A stretch of DNA of 63,484 nucleotides, filler included, from Phoronis australis (taxonomy: Eukaryota; Animalia; Phoronida), in the NCBI GenBank assembly GCA_002633005.1. It is 4 parts of 4 records of this genome, joined end to end, with 100 filler letters (N's around TTAATTAATTAA, not from the genome) between each part and the next. Parts side by side here need not be neighbours in the genome. Positions count along the whole stretch, not along the records: positions 23,689 to 31,617 come from NMRA01001418.1; positions 31,718 to 56,930 come from NMRA01000696.1; 2 more parts are not named here. One strand, given 5' to 3'. The notes below the pieces were generated by a model. That model had not been told where the DNA came from. It did no database searches and worked only from the letters and a program-made list of their open reading frames with translations. Below, piece after piece: positions 25,691 through 38,704 of this stretch (position 1 is its first letter; each line of letters starts with the position of its first letter). The position numbers and the translations under genes were made by a program.

Positions 25691-26694
25691 TAAAATAGTC
25701 TTCAACTGCCCAAAAGACCAAATCAGTTTTTCGTGTTGGCAACATTGACAGGATTGCTTTGAAAATCGTCTTAAGTTAAGGTTTGGCAAAGAGAGAATTA
25801 TGAGTTTCTGAGTGTTTCACTAAGGCTTAGATTAAAATTCACATCTTACCAGCAGCTTCTGTTTTTTCATCGTCACTCAGGTTCCATTTTCTTTAAAAAA
25901 TGAAGTAAATTTTCATTGCACAGTGGAGCAGACGACGGAAACGGAATCGTAGTGCGCAGCACCACTGCCGGTCACCTGGGATATCGCGGGAGAGCCTACA
26001 CTTAGCCATAGTTCCGTTCCGAATTCGACATTTGAAATTGGATATGAGCCCCCCCCCCAAACACTAAAACTGCACACATTTAAATCTTGTTTCATCCGAA
26101 TAATTTTAATTACCGGTGTTAATTAATAAACTCAACATTTCCCTACGCTCTTGCTGTTTTATTTAAATCCACCTATGTGCAAAGATGGACCACATGTCAT
26201 TTATGGAGGAGGAATTATGATCTTGTTTCAGGAATCTATCTTTGAAAGTAGTTAAGTAAGTCTTTAGCTCATCGTATTTTCCTTTATTGAATAGGTAGAT
26301 TTTTCTAGGTTTTTGTTTTTGTGTGACGGAGTTTACTTCGATTTCTGTAAAGACGATGTCGTGGTCGCTAAGACCAGGGATGACCTCAGTTTTAACTATG
26401 CTACTGGGATTGTTTGTTAGGAGGAGATCTAGTACTTGTTTTCACGGGTAAGTTTTGTTACTGATTGTTCAAGAAAGTCCTTGTATGCATGTAGCATCCA
26501 GGGCGATGTAATTGCCTAGTCTACGTGTTGCCTAGTGACCGTGTTGCTTTCGCAGATAAAATGTTTTAGAGTTAAATTAGTCTCAGATTTGACATGCTTG
26601 GAGTTATTCCAGAAGTGCCCGACAGGCGGCCATATTGGATAGCAGTTGTATACCTTTCTCTTTATTTAGTGTATAGTTGAAGGTTGATCAAAGG

Positions 26695-29600
26695 CACAGG
26701 TGTCCTCAGCTTCTGATCGTCCCCAATACACTACTACAAGGTATGATACTCCGGACTAGAAATTCCACGGGTTCTTCACTTCAGCCATCCATAGCAAAAA
26801 CAAAACTATAAATTTACACAAAACAGGGGTTCAGCAAACCATGAGGAATTGATCTTACTGCCAATACCATTTACAGTGTCCTGCTCCACCGAGTTTGCAA
26901 CAAATTCAGTCAAAGCACAAAAATCTTCTAAATTGCTGCACACTAGCAATTAGGCAATGACCATCGCCTCTGTTGGCCCGAACCAGAGGCGATGCAGAGA
27001 CTATAGGCGCTCTGTACGCCAGAAGCTTTTCGGCGAATTATGCCTCGCACCGACTAAACCATCAAAGTCACGTTGTTATAAATACCCTTTGCGCATAGAG
27101 GAACACCTGAGGAGGTTGTCGATGTGTTTAATTCCTTCCAACTCGAACAAATACTCCCATTATCAAACTTTTTCTTCGAGCAGTCCCTAAATATTTCAGT
27201 TTCCAAAGTCGTGAACTCACCATTTTTATACTGCGCACGCTTCAATTTTTACCGCGCTCGCTAGGTGATGTGACTTCATGATCTCAATTTTTAAATAGGC
27301 CAAAGGTGAGCCATTGCGGTCTTGTCAGTCAAATGTTCGTTTCCAAAATGCCACCACTTATACTTGTCTTTAATTGGCGTTACTTGAAACTGATTGTATT
27401 TCAATGAAATATTGTTTGTATTTGATAAAAATAAATGCTGTTGATATGACATTTAATAGTCTTTGTGCACATATTTGACATTTTAATGTTTAACAACACG
27501 GCAAATGCACGGCTAGTTCCCGAAAGCACGTACGCGAAGGGCGGGAACTTCAGCTTTCAAAGTTCGCCGGTAGGTCCGCAACTTCTGACCTTCGGCCTGG
27601 TTAAAAAAATGAAAATGTTGATTTCACGATTTTGGGAACTGAAATAGGGACTGCTCGAAGAAAAAGTTTCATAACGGGAGTATTTGTTCGAGTTGGAAGG
27701 AATTAAACACATCAACAACCTCCTAAGGTGTTCCTTTATGCGCAAAAGGTATTTATAACAACAGGGCTCGACATAACGAGCTGCAAGTCGCATTTGCTAC
27801 CTGAAATTTGGAAATGCGAGCCGAGATTTCTGTCAGCTCGTATCAAGTCGCTAAATGCGACCTGGAATTTCCAACGTATGCGAGCTGTGTTTTTACACTT
27901 CTCGGCAGAAACCTGGCAAATATAAAGCAACTCTTGTTAATCCGACCGTTATTTGGTTGTTGCCAAATCCAAGGCAATCGTCAACAGCCCTCCCGATGAC
28001 TTGTACATGTAAGCAAGTCGCGTGAACATGGAATATGCAGAATCGATCTTTGACGCGTTTCATTGGCTAACACTTTCGACCACTTTTGCAAGTTTCCGGA
28101 TTCGGGCCGGAAAGTTTTGCCACTGCATAACACGTGATAAAATGTCACAAAAAGGCGGTGTTTCTACTAATTCTGAAGCGATCAACTTATCAAACTTTGT
28201 GGTGGACAAATATGTTTATTTTTTTGCATAAGATGTCCTTATTACATGTACCAAATATCCACAACATCCCTGATATTGCCGGCACTGCGGCACTGATCGG
28301 TCCCGTTGTTAGTGCGCAAGCGGTCCCGGCAGACAATCGTGACATAGAGATGTGCGTCTCGTTTTTTATTGCATATGACAGCCAAAGCGAGAATGACAAC
28401 CCTATTAATCGCCAAACGACTGTCACGTCTTTACTTCCAGTTACCAAGAAATTATTTAACCCCTTTACTTGTTTCTGGGGCTGCGTGCGCGAAATATGAT
28501 TTAACTTTCACACGTTGCTGCCAGTGTAAATAATGGGCACACCCAATTTGGCGAATTGGACAAAAAGGTTCGCCTCAGTGAAACAAAAAGTCCCGCGAGT
28601 AAACGCGACAAAAATCCACCAAGTCCACAGGAATTCGGCGCGGATACACGATTGGCAGGCCTGAACCTAGTGGCCCCGTTTTTTAGTCCTCGTTGATTTT
28701 TTTTCAGTAACAGGTACGCATATGGAAGAATTCGAGCCCTCCTATATTTTAGGCTGGGTGCGCGCATGTAAAGTGTAGGCCTGCTCCTGCGATTCAAGTG
28801 GGGGGACTCACGCGTGCCCACCACTTCAAAGCTGCAAATCAAAAGAGAACAGCTACAGCCCTAAGTAAAGAGATTACCAGCTTGGCTCTCTTAAGCACCC
28901 GGGTACGTACCAGTGGTTTATTTAAAAATGAACTCATAGATTCCCGGCGGTTATAAAAGATCCGATGTTTTACGATATTCCCCGGGACCGATATAACCCA
29001 GAACTGATATTTCCTGTGACGATGTTTCCCGAGGTTGATGTTCCCTAAACCCTATACTCTTATGTCAATAGCCAGCTGTTGCAACTAAACGGGTACTAGA
29101 TGTGAAATTGTGGTCAGCGATTTTTTTATTCTTCGCTCCCCGGACCACCGTCACCGTAAAATGTTCAGACTCCAATAGAAACAATCTTGTTCCGGCTGAA
29201 GCGGGCAATTAAAAACAAAATTATTCCGGGTGGCTAAAAAGGGTACAGCGTAGGTGGTAACGATATCCAGAAAGTCACCCGTATACTCGATGGAGTTTGT
29301 CTCGCAAAATCCTATCATTATATCGTTTCTTACCATTGAAGTCGTTTAATATCTTATTAACGCAAACACTCAGGTTAACGACAATGCTCACGCACAATCC
29401 TACTCCCTACCTTTGAAGTGTTTTGTAATAAGCGGTCACTGATTTACTAAGCGTTCCCCTTCAACCTTCGATAATTTCCCATTAAGCGCCCACGGTTCAG
29501 GCTAGCGCCCATCATAGCACACTATACAAACGACTGCGCGCGGTTTAAACTTGACACGCAACCTATATAGTGTGTCACTCTCATTTTACACAAAAAATCA

Positions 29601-31014
29601 GTTTTCAAAACATCTTTTCTCAATATGTAAAAACCAAATCCCGGCTTTGTTTCATATCTGCGAAAGAAACTTAACACTAGTGACATGCGTGTCGTTTCGT
29701 GACTGACCTATTTTCCCCGTACTTGGAAGGTATTGAGGAGCAAACTCGAATTAAACGATGGAGTCCCGCGCGCAGTCGGGAATTATTTCCAGGCTATTCA
29801 TTTCATAGAAAACAAATTGTTGAGTACGTAAACAGCATAAGTATCACATTTTTGTTATGAAATTTGCACTGAATTGTTCCCGCGCATCCAAATACGTCAT
29901 TCGGTTAGGGCATCGTCTCACGTTTTTTTTTGTCCGATGTTTTTCAAACGTCGAGTTAAGTTGTAAAATTTGGGTTGCGAACAAAAAGTGGAGGAAATTT
30001 GCACTCCGAGTTAGTTTGGATCTTTAACGACTTTGATGACAGCCAGTAGCAGGTCTGACCTAGCAAAATCACGGATACTTTTTCAATGGGCATTTTTCCC
30101 TTTTCACATCGCAAACGTAGCTACTCGAACGCACGTGTCAGTTAGGGAGCACTGATTCAACTTTCACGTCGGCAAATTGCCTTGCGCTTTATGGCCTTTC
30201 AGTGGTGGTCGTGAAGAACAGTAATACCGTACCTGCATGAAAGAACTGTTTTGCGATCTGACATTTGTCAGTATTTAACGCTGCGGGTAAGAGCATAATC
30301 TAATCATTTTCTCGGTGATCTAAAAACTCAATTTTGGAGTGTAAAAATGGCGGGAAATTTTTGCGACCTGGCATTTATGAATGCGAGCTGGATTTTGAAA
30401 ATGCGACCTGGGATTTTGGCTAGCGATTTGAATAGCGTCGAGCCCTGAACAACGTGACTTTGATGGTTTAGTCGGTGCGAGGCATAATTCGCCGAAAAGC
30501 TTCCGGCGTATAGAGCGCCTATAGCCTCTGCATCGCCTCTGGTTCAGGCCAACAGAGGTGATGGTCATTGCCTAACTAGCAATATGCTTCACGCGGTCAA
30601 GGTCAAGTAGGGTACGAAATAATCCGATGAGTTACAAATCGACGCCAATTGCCGGTTCACCACGGAAGCTTACGAAATGGTCTGGCTAAGTGGAGTTATT
30701 GATGTCGTGACCTTCCGTGACAAACCGGCAATTTCCATGTAGCATACTGCTGGTTTGCAGTGACTTTTTGGGAAGATTTTTGTGCTTTGACCACGCATTT
30801 GTTGCGAACTCAACGGAGCTGGACACTGTATGGTATTGGGAGAAAGAACAATTCCTCGGGATTTGTTGAAACTGTTCTTCGAAAATTTCTTGAGTTTTGT
30901 GTTTGCTATGGACAGCTGAAGTGAAGCACCCGTGGAATTTCTAGTCCGGAGTGTCATACCTTGTAGTATATTATATAGTGTATTGGGGACGATCAGAAGC
31001 TGAGGACGCCTGTG
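26695..31014. mobile_element. Foldback-like element with ~500-bp inverted arms; right arm interrupted by an insertion
   Basis: Left arm ~26695-27215 (CACAGGTGTCCTCAGCTTCTGATCG...) is the diverged reverse complement of 27622-27761 plus 30448-31014 (...GCTGAGGACGCCTGTG). No TSD seen. Confidence 0.7.
27762..30447. mobile_element. Non-autonomous TIR DNA transposon (CAGGGCTCGAC termini, 5-bp TSD AACAA)
   Basis: CAGGGCTCGAC at 27762 and GTCGAGCCCTG ending at 30447. AACAA lies at 27757-61 and 30448-52. The empty site CACGTTGTTATAAATACC is visible in the other foldback arm (~27069-27087). Subterminal ATGCGACCTGG-like repeats; no transposase ORF recognised. Confidence 0.8.
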
Positions 31015-31130
31015 ATAAAGTTGCCTGTGGTCTCAGGGCTCAACACTAACGGTTGCCCGATTGCCCGTGTACATGTAGATTTTGCGTCGGGCAAGTAGAA
31101 TTTGAAAAGTACTTGCCCGATGGACAAGTT

Positions 31131-31617
31131 CAGGGCTCGACGCTATTACAATCGCCAGGTCGCATTTTGCGACCTAGCCAAAATCCCAGGTCGCATTTTC
31201 AAAATCCAGCTCGCATTCATAAATGCCAGGTCGCAAAATTTTCCCGCCATTTTTACGCGCCAAAATAGATTTTTTTAGATCATCGAGAAAATGTTTAGAT
31301 TATGCTCTTACCTGCAGCGTTAAATGCTCACAAATTTCGGATCTCAAAATTGACTTCATTCATGCAGGTACGGCCTTACTGTTCTTCACGACCGCCATTG
31401 AAAGTCTATAGAGCGCAAGGCAAGTTGCCGGCGTGAAAGTTGAATCAGTGCTCTCTAACTGACTTGTGCATTCGAGTAGCTAAATTTGCGAAGTGAAAAG
31501 GGAGAAAATGCCCGTTGAAAAAAGTATCTGGGATTTTGTTAGATCTGGTCTGCTACTGGCCGTCATCAAAGTCGTTAACGATTCAAACTAACTCGGGTAA
31601 TCGCGAGTTTGCTCTTC
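31131..31617 (+). mobile_element. End of a second CAGGGCTCGAC-family element, running into the gap
   Basis: Reverse complement of ~29990-30447 and of 50661-51149. It sits ~100 bp after a related CAGGGCTCAAC terminus at 31034. Confidence 0.8.
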
Positions 31618-31717
31618 NNNNNNNNNNNNNNNNNNNNNNNNNNNNNNNNNNNNNNNNNNNNTTAATTAATTAANNNNNNNNNNNNNNNNNNNNNNNNNNN
31701 NNNNNNNNNNNNNNNNN
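31618..31717. other. Assembly gap with artificial linker
   Basis: N-TTAATTAATTAA-N. Confidence 0.97.
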
Positions 31718-31889
31718 CCCAATAGTTATTGTCAGACTGTCACTCCCTAGAATGTCACTCCCCAATAGTTATTGTCAGACTGTCACTCCCTAGAATGTCA
31801 CTCCCCAATAGTTATTGTCAGACTGTCACTCCCCAATAGTTATTGTCAAACTGCCACTCCCCAATAGTTATTGTCAGACTGCCACTCCC
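31718..31889. repeat. Minisatellite with ~43-bp and ~29-bp unit variants
   Basis: CCCAATAGTTATTGTCAGACTGTCACTCC, with or without CTAGAATGTCACTC, about 5 copies abutting the gap. Confidence 0.9.
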
Positions 31890-32412
31890 TTTTGATGTTA
31901 ACACAGTTAGGTGTCATGATGAGGACACAGCATTTTGTCAAATACTTTTCATCTACTCTACTTGAGTTTTTGGCGCTTCATCCCAAACTTGACACAAACT
32001 TGCTTTTGCTATTTTACAACTCTAGCCAAAGCTAATAACTCCAAAAAATCAATCCTAAACTCAAAAATCGCTTTTGGTTGGTTGAACATGTCCTTTCACA
32101 AAAACTTGAGCTGATTTGTGTTTGATATGAATGGCTGAAATTGGCCTCTTCTGAAACTGTGACCCATTGTGTCATCCATTTATTTCCATCCAGTCTACTG
32201 GTGACAATCACAAGACTCTGACACCCATGACTTGGACAAGGCATATACTTTATCAACTCATATTTAGTACTCTTTATCAGTCATTAATATGGCCTCTGAT
32301 TCCAAACCTAACAACCATTGCAAAATCCAAGTAATTCATGATAGCAAAGTATTTCATGTGTGATCCAATTGACACCAGAAAACAGACAAAGTGACCAACA
32401 AAAGCAGCGTAC

Positions 32413-32506
32413 CTTTCTGCATGCCACACAAGTAGTGATACTTCATACCACAGCCTTTAGTAAGACAACCAATGAAGGCACCTGGACTACGACAGCTTGA
32501 ACACAC
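32413..32506 (-). CDS. RAI1/TCF20-like gene, PHD-finger exon
   Basis: TTTCTAG acceptor and G|GTACGC donor. 94 nt encoding VCSSCRSPGAFIGCLTKGCGMKYHYLCGMQK, continuing the extended PHD in phase 0 from the large exon. Confidence 0.9.
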
Positions 32507-33241
32507 CTAGAAACAGAAATCGGTACATTTATGTGAATAAAGCTGAGGTAAGTAAACAATATCTGAGGCCACTTATCATTTGTCCAGTATGTTTACAACA
32601 CTGTATGTCAGGTTATATACACACATGCACCAATTGGCTGTACTCTTGCCTATTGCCATAAAGTAACTCTGTATATTAACACAAGAGCAACTCAACCTAA
32701 AATATAATGCACTTTTTAGTTGGTCAGAAAGGAACCGTACGATTTTCGATGGGTTGACTCATACTAAATACTGTTGAAGTAAAATATCACCAATTTTGAA
32801 TGAAAATTTCTACACTGGAAAATTGATATTTTCAAAATTTTAAAGGTTCGATGTTGTGAATGCTCAGTAGTCTGTGTTGATGGCTACAAGATGAAATTTG
32901 AAACAAATGCCTTCAAGAGGATTAGTAAGACGCTACATATCGCTTATGAAGAGAACTGGAGAATGAAAATTCGCCTTCCCCCAAATTGAGGCGAGATTTT
33001 GTTTTACTATTTTCAAACAACATGTCATAACACAATGTTATCTGGCTAGCAAGGAACACAAATGGGAAAGAACATTGTGTTGCACACATTAAAATTAAAC
33101 GTTCCAATGTCAATTACACAGATTTGTAGGTATTCTTTGCACTAATAACATACATTTTATCTGAACTCTTTGTTTTGTGTAAACACACTTCCAAGTTTCT
33201 GGGAAGTAGTAAAAAAGTTAGTATAAAGAAAATGATCCTAC

Positions 33242-35856
33242 CGATGGCCTAGCATCTGCGAGCGCTTCCTCCAAGCCATAGAGTTTGTTACCAATGAGAT
33301 AGACACCCTGGCACCACACCAGACAGTCTTCGTGAAGCCAGACTTCATTTTCTGGCAGAAAACCATCAGCACTCATTGACCTCTTCACGGAGGGTCGCCG
33401 CACATGTTTGCTTTCGCTTTCTGGCACTGTGACAGAGTCATCAGCTTTCCGTTTCTTCCGACCCCTCTTTTTTGGCACATTCTCCGAAGACTCCTTTTGA
33501 ACATGCCGTGCCAAAGGCGGTGACAAGGGACTACAGGACTTGATTGCAGAGAGAAAGTAGGGGCCGAACAGGTCCCCAAGTCCACTATGACTAGTCTCTT
33601 TACCACATAAGGCACACAGCCACTTAGATGACGATGGTTTGGATGATGGTACAGCAGCTGACTTCTGCATAGCTAGCCTAGTGGCATCAGTAAGATAACT
33701 AGTCCTGCACTTACTGTGTTTGTCCTGTTTATCATTCAATTTCTCACAAAGTTCATCAGGATCATTAACCACAATACACGAGTCTGGGTTATCATTGGAG
33801 CCCTTAACATGAATGTATGGACCCTTGAATTTCTCCTCATTCTTTCTCTTATTGAGTGCAACACTGTCCGCCATTTTTTGTGGTATTAGGACATTTTGTT
33901 CTTCAGACTTCAAAATTTCACTTTTAGGTTTACGTCCACGTTTCTTTTTCATCCCACCATCCTCCTTCACCATAACCCCCTGTGGGGTCATAGATTTAAC
34001 TTTATTTTTACTGCCTACAGGCCGACCCCTTTTCCGTTTCGGAGCTTCATTAGTTGCAGGAGTACTTGTACTCACAGCACCACCAGCACTTAAGGCATAA
34101 CTATTAAAACCAACCCCATCACCTCGACTAGAATCCATGGACGTATCTGTTTTTGCTTTCTTCACTGCAGTGTCTTCAGAACTAGTATCAAACAATAGTT
34201 TTGTTTCATTTAACACTTCGTCCTTTTTAGCACTTCCACATTCACTACCCGTAAGCAAATGATCTACTTTTCCATTTTCATTGTCTTTACTAACAACAAC
34301 ACTAGAATGAGAAGCACTATGGATAACGGACTTTCGCTTCTTTAAAATAACGTCACCAGAATTCCTACGCTGCCTGGACTTCTTGCTGGAGTTCACCGTT
34401 GCTTTAGAATCAGAGCTCACCTCCTGTTTCCCAGAACCTGAAGGGATCTCAATAGACTGACTAGCACTAGGTGGTGTGATTGAATCCAAAACACGTGAAT
34501 GTCTTAAAATGTTATTTATACTGTGACTAACTCGAGGCGGACTACTTTTCTCCGGCGATTCATCGTCTGATCCATGGTACTCATATTCCCGTTCTGCGGC
34601 TCTTTTCTTGGCTATGAGGTCATCACTAGGCCTCAATTCACTACTAACACAACATTTTGTACGCTTAATACGAGAAAATTCTCCACTGCTTTTGCTCTTT
34701 TTGCCATCATCTTTTGATGAATCTGTTGCACAATCAGCGCCACCTTTTGACAAATCATCCTGACTAGCTAACACTTTCTTATCTCCGCTAGCTCTCCCTT
34801 TCTCAGGGAAAAACTCACTACTTGTCTTAATCTCATTACCAGTCAACCTATCACTGTTTGATTTCCGTCCACGTTTTTTAGGTGGACACATTGGCGTTTC
34901 CAATCGTGAAATGCCTTCAATGCTGTCCTGCTTGACAGTCTGCTCGCCATTTGCTGCCATGTGTGCAACTGGACTATGGTTGGACTCCCTACTGGATTCA
35001 TTGTCTTGTGGTAAATTAGTCGATTTGTTGTTGACTGTATCAGCTGTACCTGATCCACCAACTTCAGGAGTTGATTGTACATCAGTCCCAATCAGTTGGT
35101 CAGTGTTACCCTGATTCTGTGAAGTTTTACTGTCTAACACCACATCCTGTTGCACCCACTCATCTGCACTCTTTGCTACAACGTCAGTAGGAACTAGATC
35201 TTCTGTAATTCCTAGCTCATCTGAGTCATGCACTACGCTCTTGGGATCTACTACTCTACTTTCTGGCAATAGGACCAACTTCTGCAGCGACTGCAGAGGG
35301 TTGTGACCACTAGACTGAGGCATGCCATCATCTCTCTTCTGCCCACTGTCTCCAGAACCCCCACCTGGGGGCGCAGTTTGAGCATGTGAAACCGGCTGTA
35401 GCACTGCATTCTGGGAAGCCATATTTGTGTAAACTGTGGGTGCCACAGATTGCTGATGGTGCTGGTGCTGACGCTGTTGCTGCTGTGGCGCTGGAGAGAA
35501 GTGACCAGGCTGAGTAGGTGAGGCCATGCGAGTCTGGGACAAGACGGGCGACGGTTGCTGATTCATCACTGGTGCCTGACTCGTATGTGACATCATCAGA
35601 TGTGGATAATTTGTGGCGTGAACGGGAGATCTCATTGGCTGATGACCTGGTGACCTCATACCAGTGGACTGTGTAGTGGTAGCTGGGTACATACCATGTG
35701 GGCTAGGCCCCTGTGCAGGACTGGAACCATGTGACTGAGCACTATGGTTACTGTGCATTGAGGCTGGGCTCCTTATAGACATAGGACTAGCTGAATTGTT
35801 CTGGTACATGGGAGATGAGTTTGGATACGGATATCTCTGAGGTCCAGTCATTTGGC
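33242..35856 (-). CDS. RAI1/TCF20-like chromatin regulator, large exon (2615 nt)
   Basis: Lies within the 887-aa ORF; TTTTTAG|GC acceptor and TCG|GTAGGA donor. Encodes a Q/S/P-rich region, AT-hook/NLS-like motifs (KRKRGRPVGSKNK, KKRGRK) and the ePHD start (CALCG...LGDLFGPY...EVWLHEDCLVWCQGVYLIGNKLYGLEEAL) typical of RAI1/TCF20. Confidence 0.92.
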
Positions 35857-36057
35857 CTAAAAAGAAAGGGATGCACATCACAAAAAGTCTGACTTAAGTA
35901 ATGTTTTTACAGTTAGCACATTTTAACTAGCGTGTTTGCAGACAATTATAAAAACTGCAAACAAAATGAAGAGAGGGGCATCTTTGGCCAAAGCCACTAT
36001 CATTGTCAATCACAAAACTAACAGGCCAATCTCAATTTAACAGATTACAAACCAAAG

Positions 36058-38704
36058 ACAAAAGTAACGCAGAGCATTGAAATGCGCCCATGATTGCACC
36101 ACAAACGGTGTGCTTCTAGGGTTGTTTATTTGTATCATAACAAGAGCAACGCGGAGCGTTGAAATGCGCCCACAATTGCACCGCATACGGTATCCTTCTA
36201 GGGTTGTTTATTGGTACCATAAAGTGGCCAGTAGAGGGCATACTTTGCAAAATGGAAAGGCATGGTCATTGTCTCCTCAATGGGCTAGGGGCAAAATGTG
36301 AGTAATCTTCATAATACAAGCACATCCTATACCTCAGTTGCTTAAAACACCACAGAAACATAGAATTAAAAACAAATTTACCAACATACGAGATTAGCAC
36401 AGCATTAGAATGCCAGAAACAAATTTCTACTTGGAACTTTTCCTTCACAGTCACGAAGTAACACAAAGTATACACCTGAAGACCTATGAAAATACAGAGG
36501 TCAATGTAAAATACTAAAATTGCCACTAGAGGCAAATACTAAAATTGCCACTAGAGGCATACCGGTAATCAGAATCATCCTAAAGTCGTCATCGTCCGTT
36601 GTCAACATCACATAAATACACTTGCTAAATTTAGTAAAGATCCTGCAAACGGTTTGGGAGATACAGCCATGGGCGCAAAAAAACAAAACTGCCACTAGGA
36701 GGCGCCACAGTAGTCCAAATCGTCTGAAAATCATTGTCAGCTGTCTTCCTTATAGTAAGCACATACACGCCAATTTTCACAATCATCCTTTGAGCGGTTT
36801 GGTTGATAGAGGGGTGGACGCAAAAATACAGACTCGAAAACAGTAAAAATGGCCACTAGGTGGCGCAAACTACGTCGAATCCATCTGAAAACAGTAGGAT
36901 AGCGTCATCTCACTAATAGGTGCCTACATACCAAATTTCATGAAAATCCGTTCAGGACTTTTGAAGATACAAAGGTAAGCGTAAAAAAACTAAAATTGCC
37001 ACTAGGGGGCACACCGGTAGTCGGATCCGACCAAAAGTCGTCATCTTCCGTTGTTAACATCATATAAATATACTTACACAATTTGTAAAGATCCTGCGAA
37101 CGGTTTAGGAGATACAGCCATAGGCGCAAAAAAACAAAACTGCCACTAGGAGGCGCCACAGTAGTCGAAATCGTCGGAAAATCATCGTCAACCGTCCTCT
37201 ACATAGTAAGCATATACATGCCAATTTTCACAATCATCCTTTGAGCGGTTTGGTTGATAGAGGGGTGGACGCACAAAAACAGACTCGAAAACACTAAAAA
37301 TGGCCACTAGGTGGCGCAAACTATGTCGAATCCATCTGAAAACGGGAGGATAGCGTCATCTCACTAATAGGTGCCTACATACCAAATTTCATGAAAATCC
37401 AATAAGGACTTGTGAAGATACAAAGGTAAGCGTAAAAAAATTAAAATTGCCACTAGGGGGCACACCGGTAGTCGGATCCGTCCAAAAGTCGTCATCTTCC
37501 GTTGTTAACATCATATAAATATACTTACACAATTTCGTAAAGATCCTGCGAACGGTTTAGGAGATACAGCCATAGGCGAAAAAAAACAAAACTGCCACTA
37601 GGAGGCGCCACAGTAGTCGAAATCGTCGGAAAATCATCGTCAACCGTCCTCTACATAGTAAGCACATACATGCCAATTTTCACAATCATCCTTTGAGCGG
37701 TTTGGTTGATAGAGGGGTGGAAGCACAAAAACAGACTCGAAAACAGTAAAAATGGCCACTAGGTGGCGCAAACTATGTCGAATCCATCCGAAAACGGCAG
37801 GATAGCGTCATCTCACTATTAGGTGCCTACATACCAAATTTCATGAAAATCCGTTCAGGACTTTTGAAGATACAAAGGTAAGCGTAAAAAACTAAAATTC
37901 CCACTAGGGGGCACACCGGTAGTCGGATCCGTCCGAAAGTTCGCACATGCCGTCCCATTCATGAATGGAACATATGTGTCAAATTTCATGAACCTATGTC
38001 AAAGGGTTTTGGAGATAGAGCAGCGGACGCCGGACGCCGGACGGACGCCGCCCGGACGGACGGACGGACGGACGGACAGAGATGACGGCATAATGCGTCC
38101 ACATATAAATATGTGGGCGCATAAAAATGGCCACTAGATGTCGCAATTACGTCGAATACATCCGAAATTGGGAACATGATGTTTCTCTAACAGAGAGCTA
38201 TTTAGCAAATTCATAAAAACCTGTCAAGGAACTTCAGATAAACAAAGAAAAAGGAAAAAAAGGAAATTGCCACTAGGGGGCACAGCGTTCGTCAGATCCC
38301 TCTGAAAGTCGTCTGTTGTTAAATTCATATAAATGCACTTACTAAATTTAATAAAGATTCTGCCGTGGGTTTAGGAGATACAGCTATAAGTGCAAAACTG
38401 CCACTAGGAAGGGCAATAGTAGTCATCGTCAACTGTCCTCTTCCCACTGAGAACATATACGCTAATTTCCAAAATCATCTTTAGAGTGCTTTGGTTGATA
38501 GAGGGGCAGACGCCAAAAACAAACTCAAAACAGCAAAAATGGCCACTAGGTGGCGCAAAATACCTCGAATCCATTCCAAAAACGAAGGAAAGCGTCATCT
38601 CACCAATAGATGCCCATAATCCACATTACATGAAAATCCATTGAGGACCTTTGAAGATACCGAGGTAAACGTAAAAAAAAACAAAATTGTCACTACAGGG
38701 CGCA
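36058..38704. mobile_element. Older Helentron/HINE-like copy split by a younger copy of the same family
   Basis: 36058-36138 (...GTATCAT) joined to 38123 onwards (AAAAATGGCCACTAGATG...) reconstitutes the uninterrupted sequence seen at ~48146-48260. Confidence 0.7.
36139..38127. mobile_element. Apparently complete non-autonomous Helentron/HINE-like element with an internal ~452-bp tandem array
   Basis: Starts AACAAGAG with hairpin CAACGC-GGA-GCGTTG and sub-TIR ATGCGCCCAC. About three ~452-bp units follow (motifs at 36851, 37302, 37754), then a (GGAC)n microsatellite at ~38054-38080 and the terminal hairpin ATGCGTCCACATA-TAAA-TATGTGGGCGCAT. Inserted in an A run with no TSD. Confidence 0.75.

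Noticed and set aside
32032-32256. SEEANFS segment as the terminal PHD exon of the RAI1/TCF20-like gene
   Set aside because: No following CxxH ligands and no convincing phase-1 acceptor.
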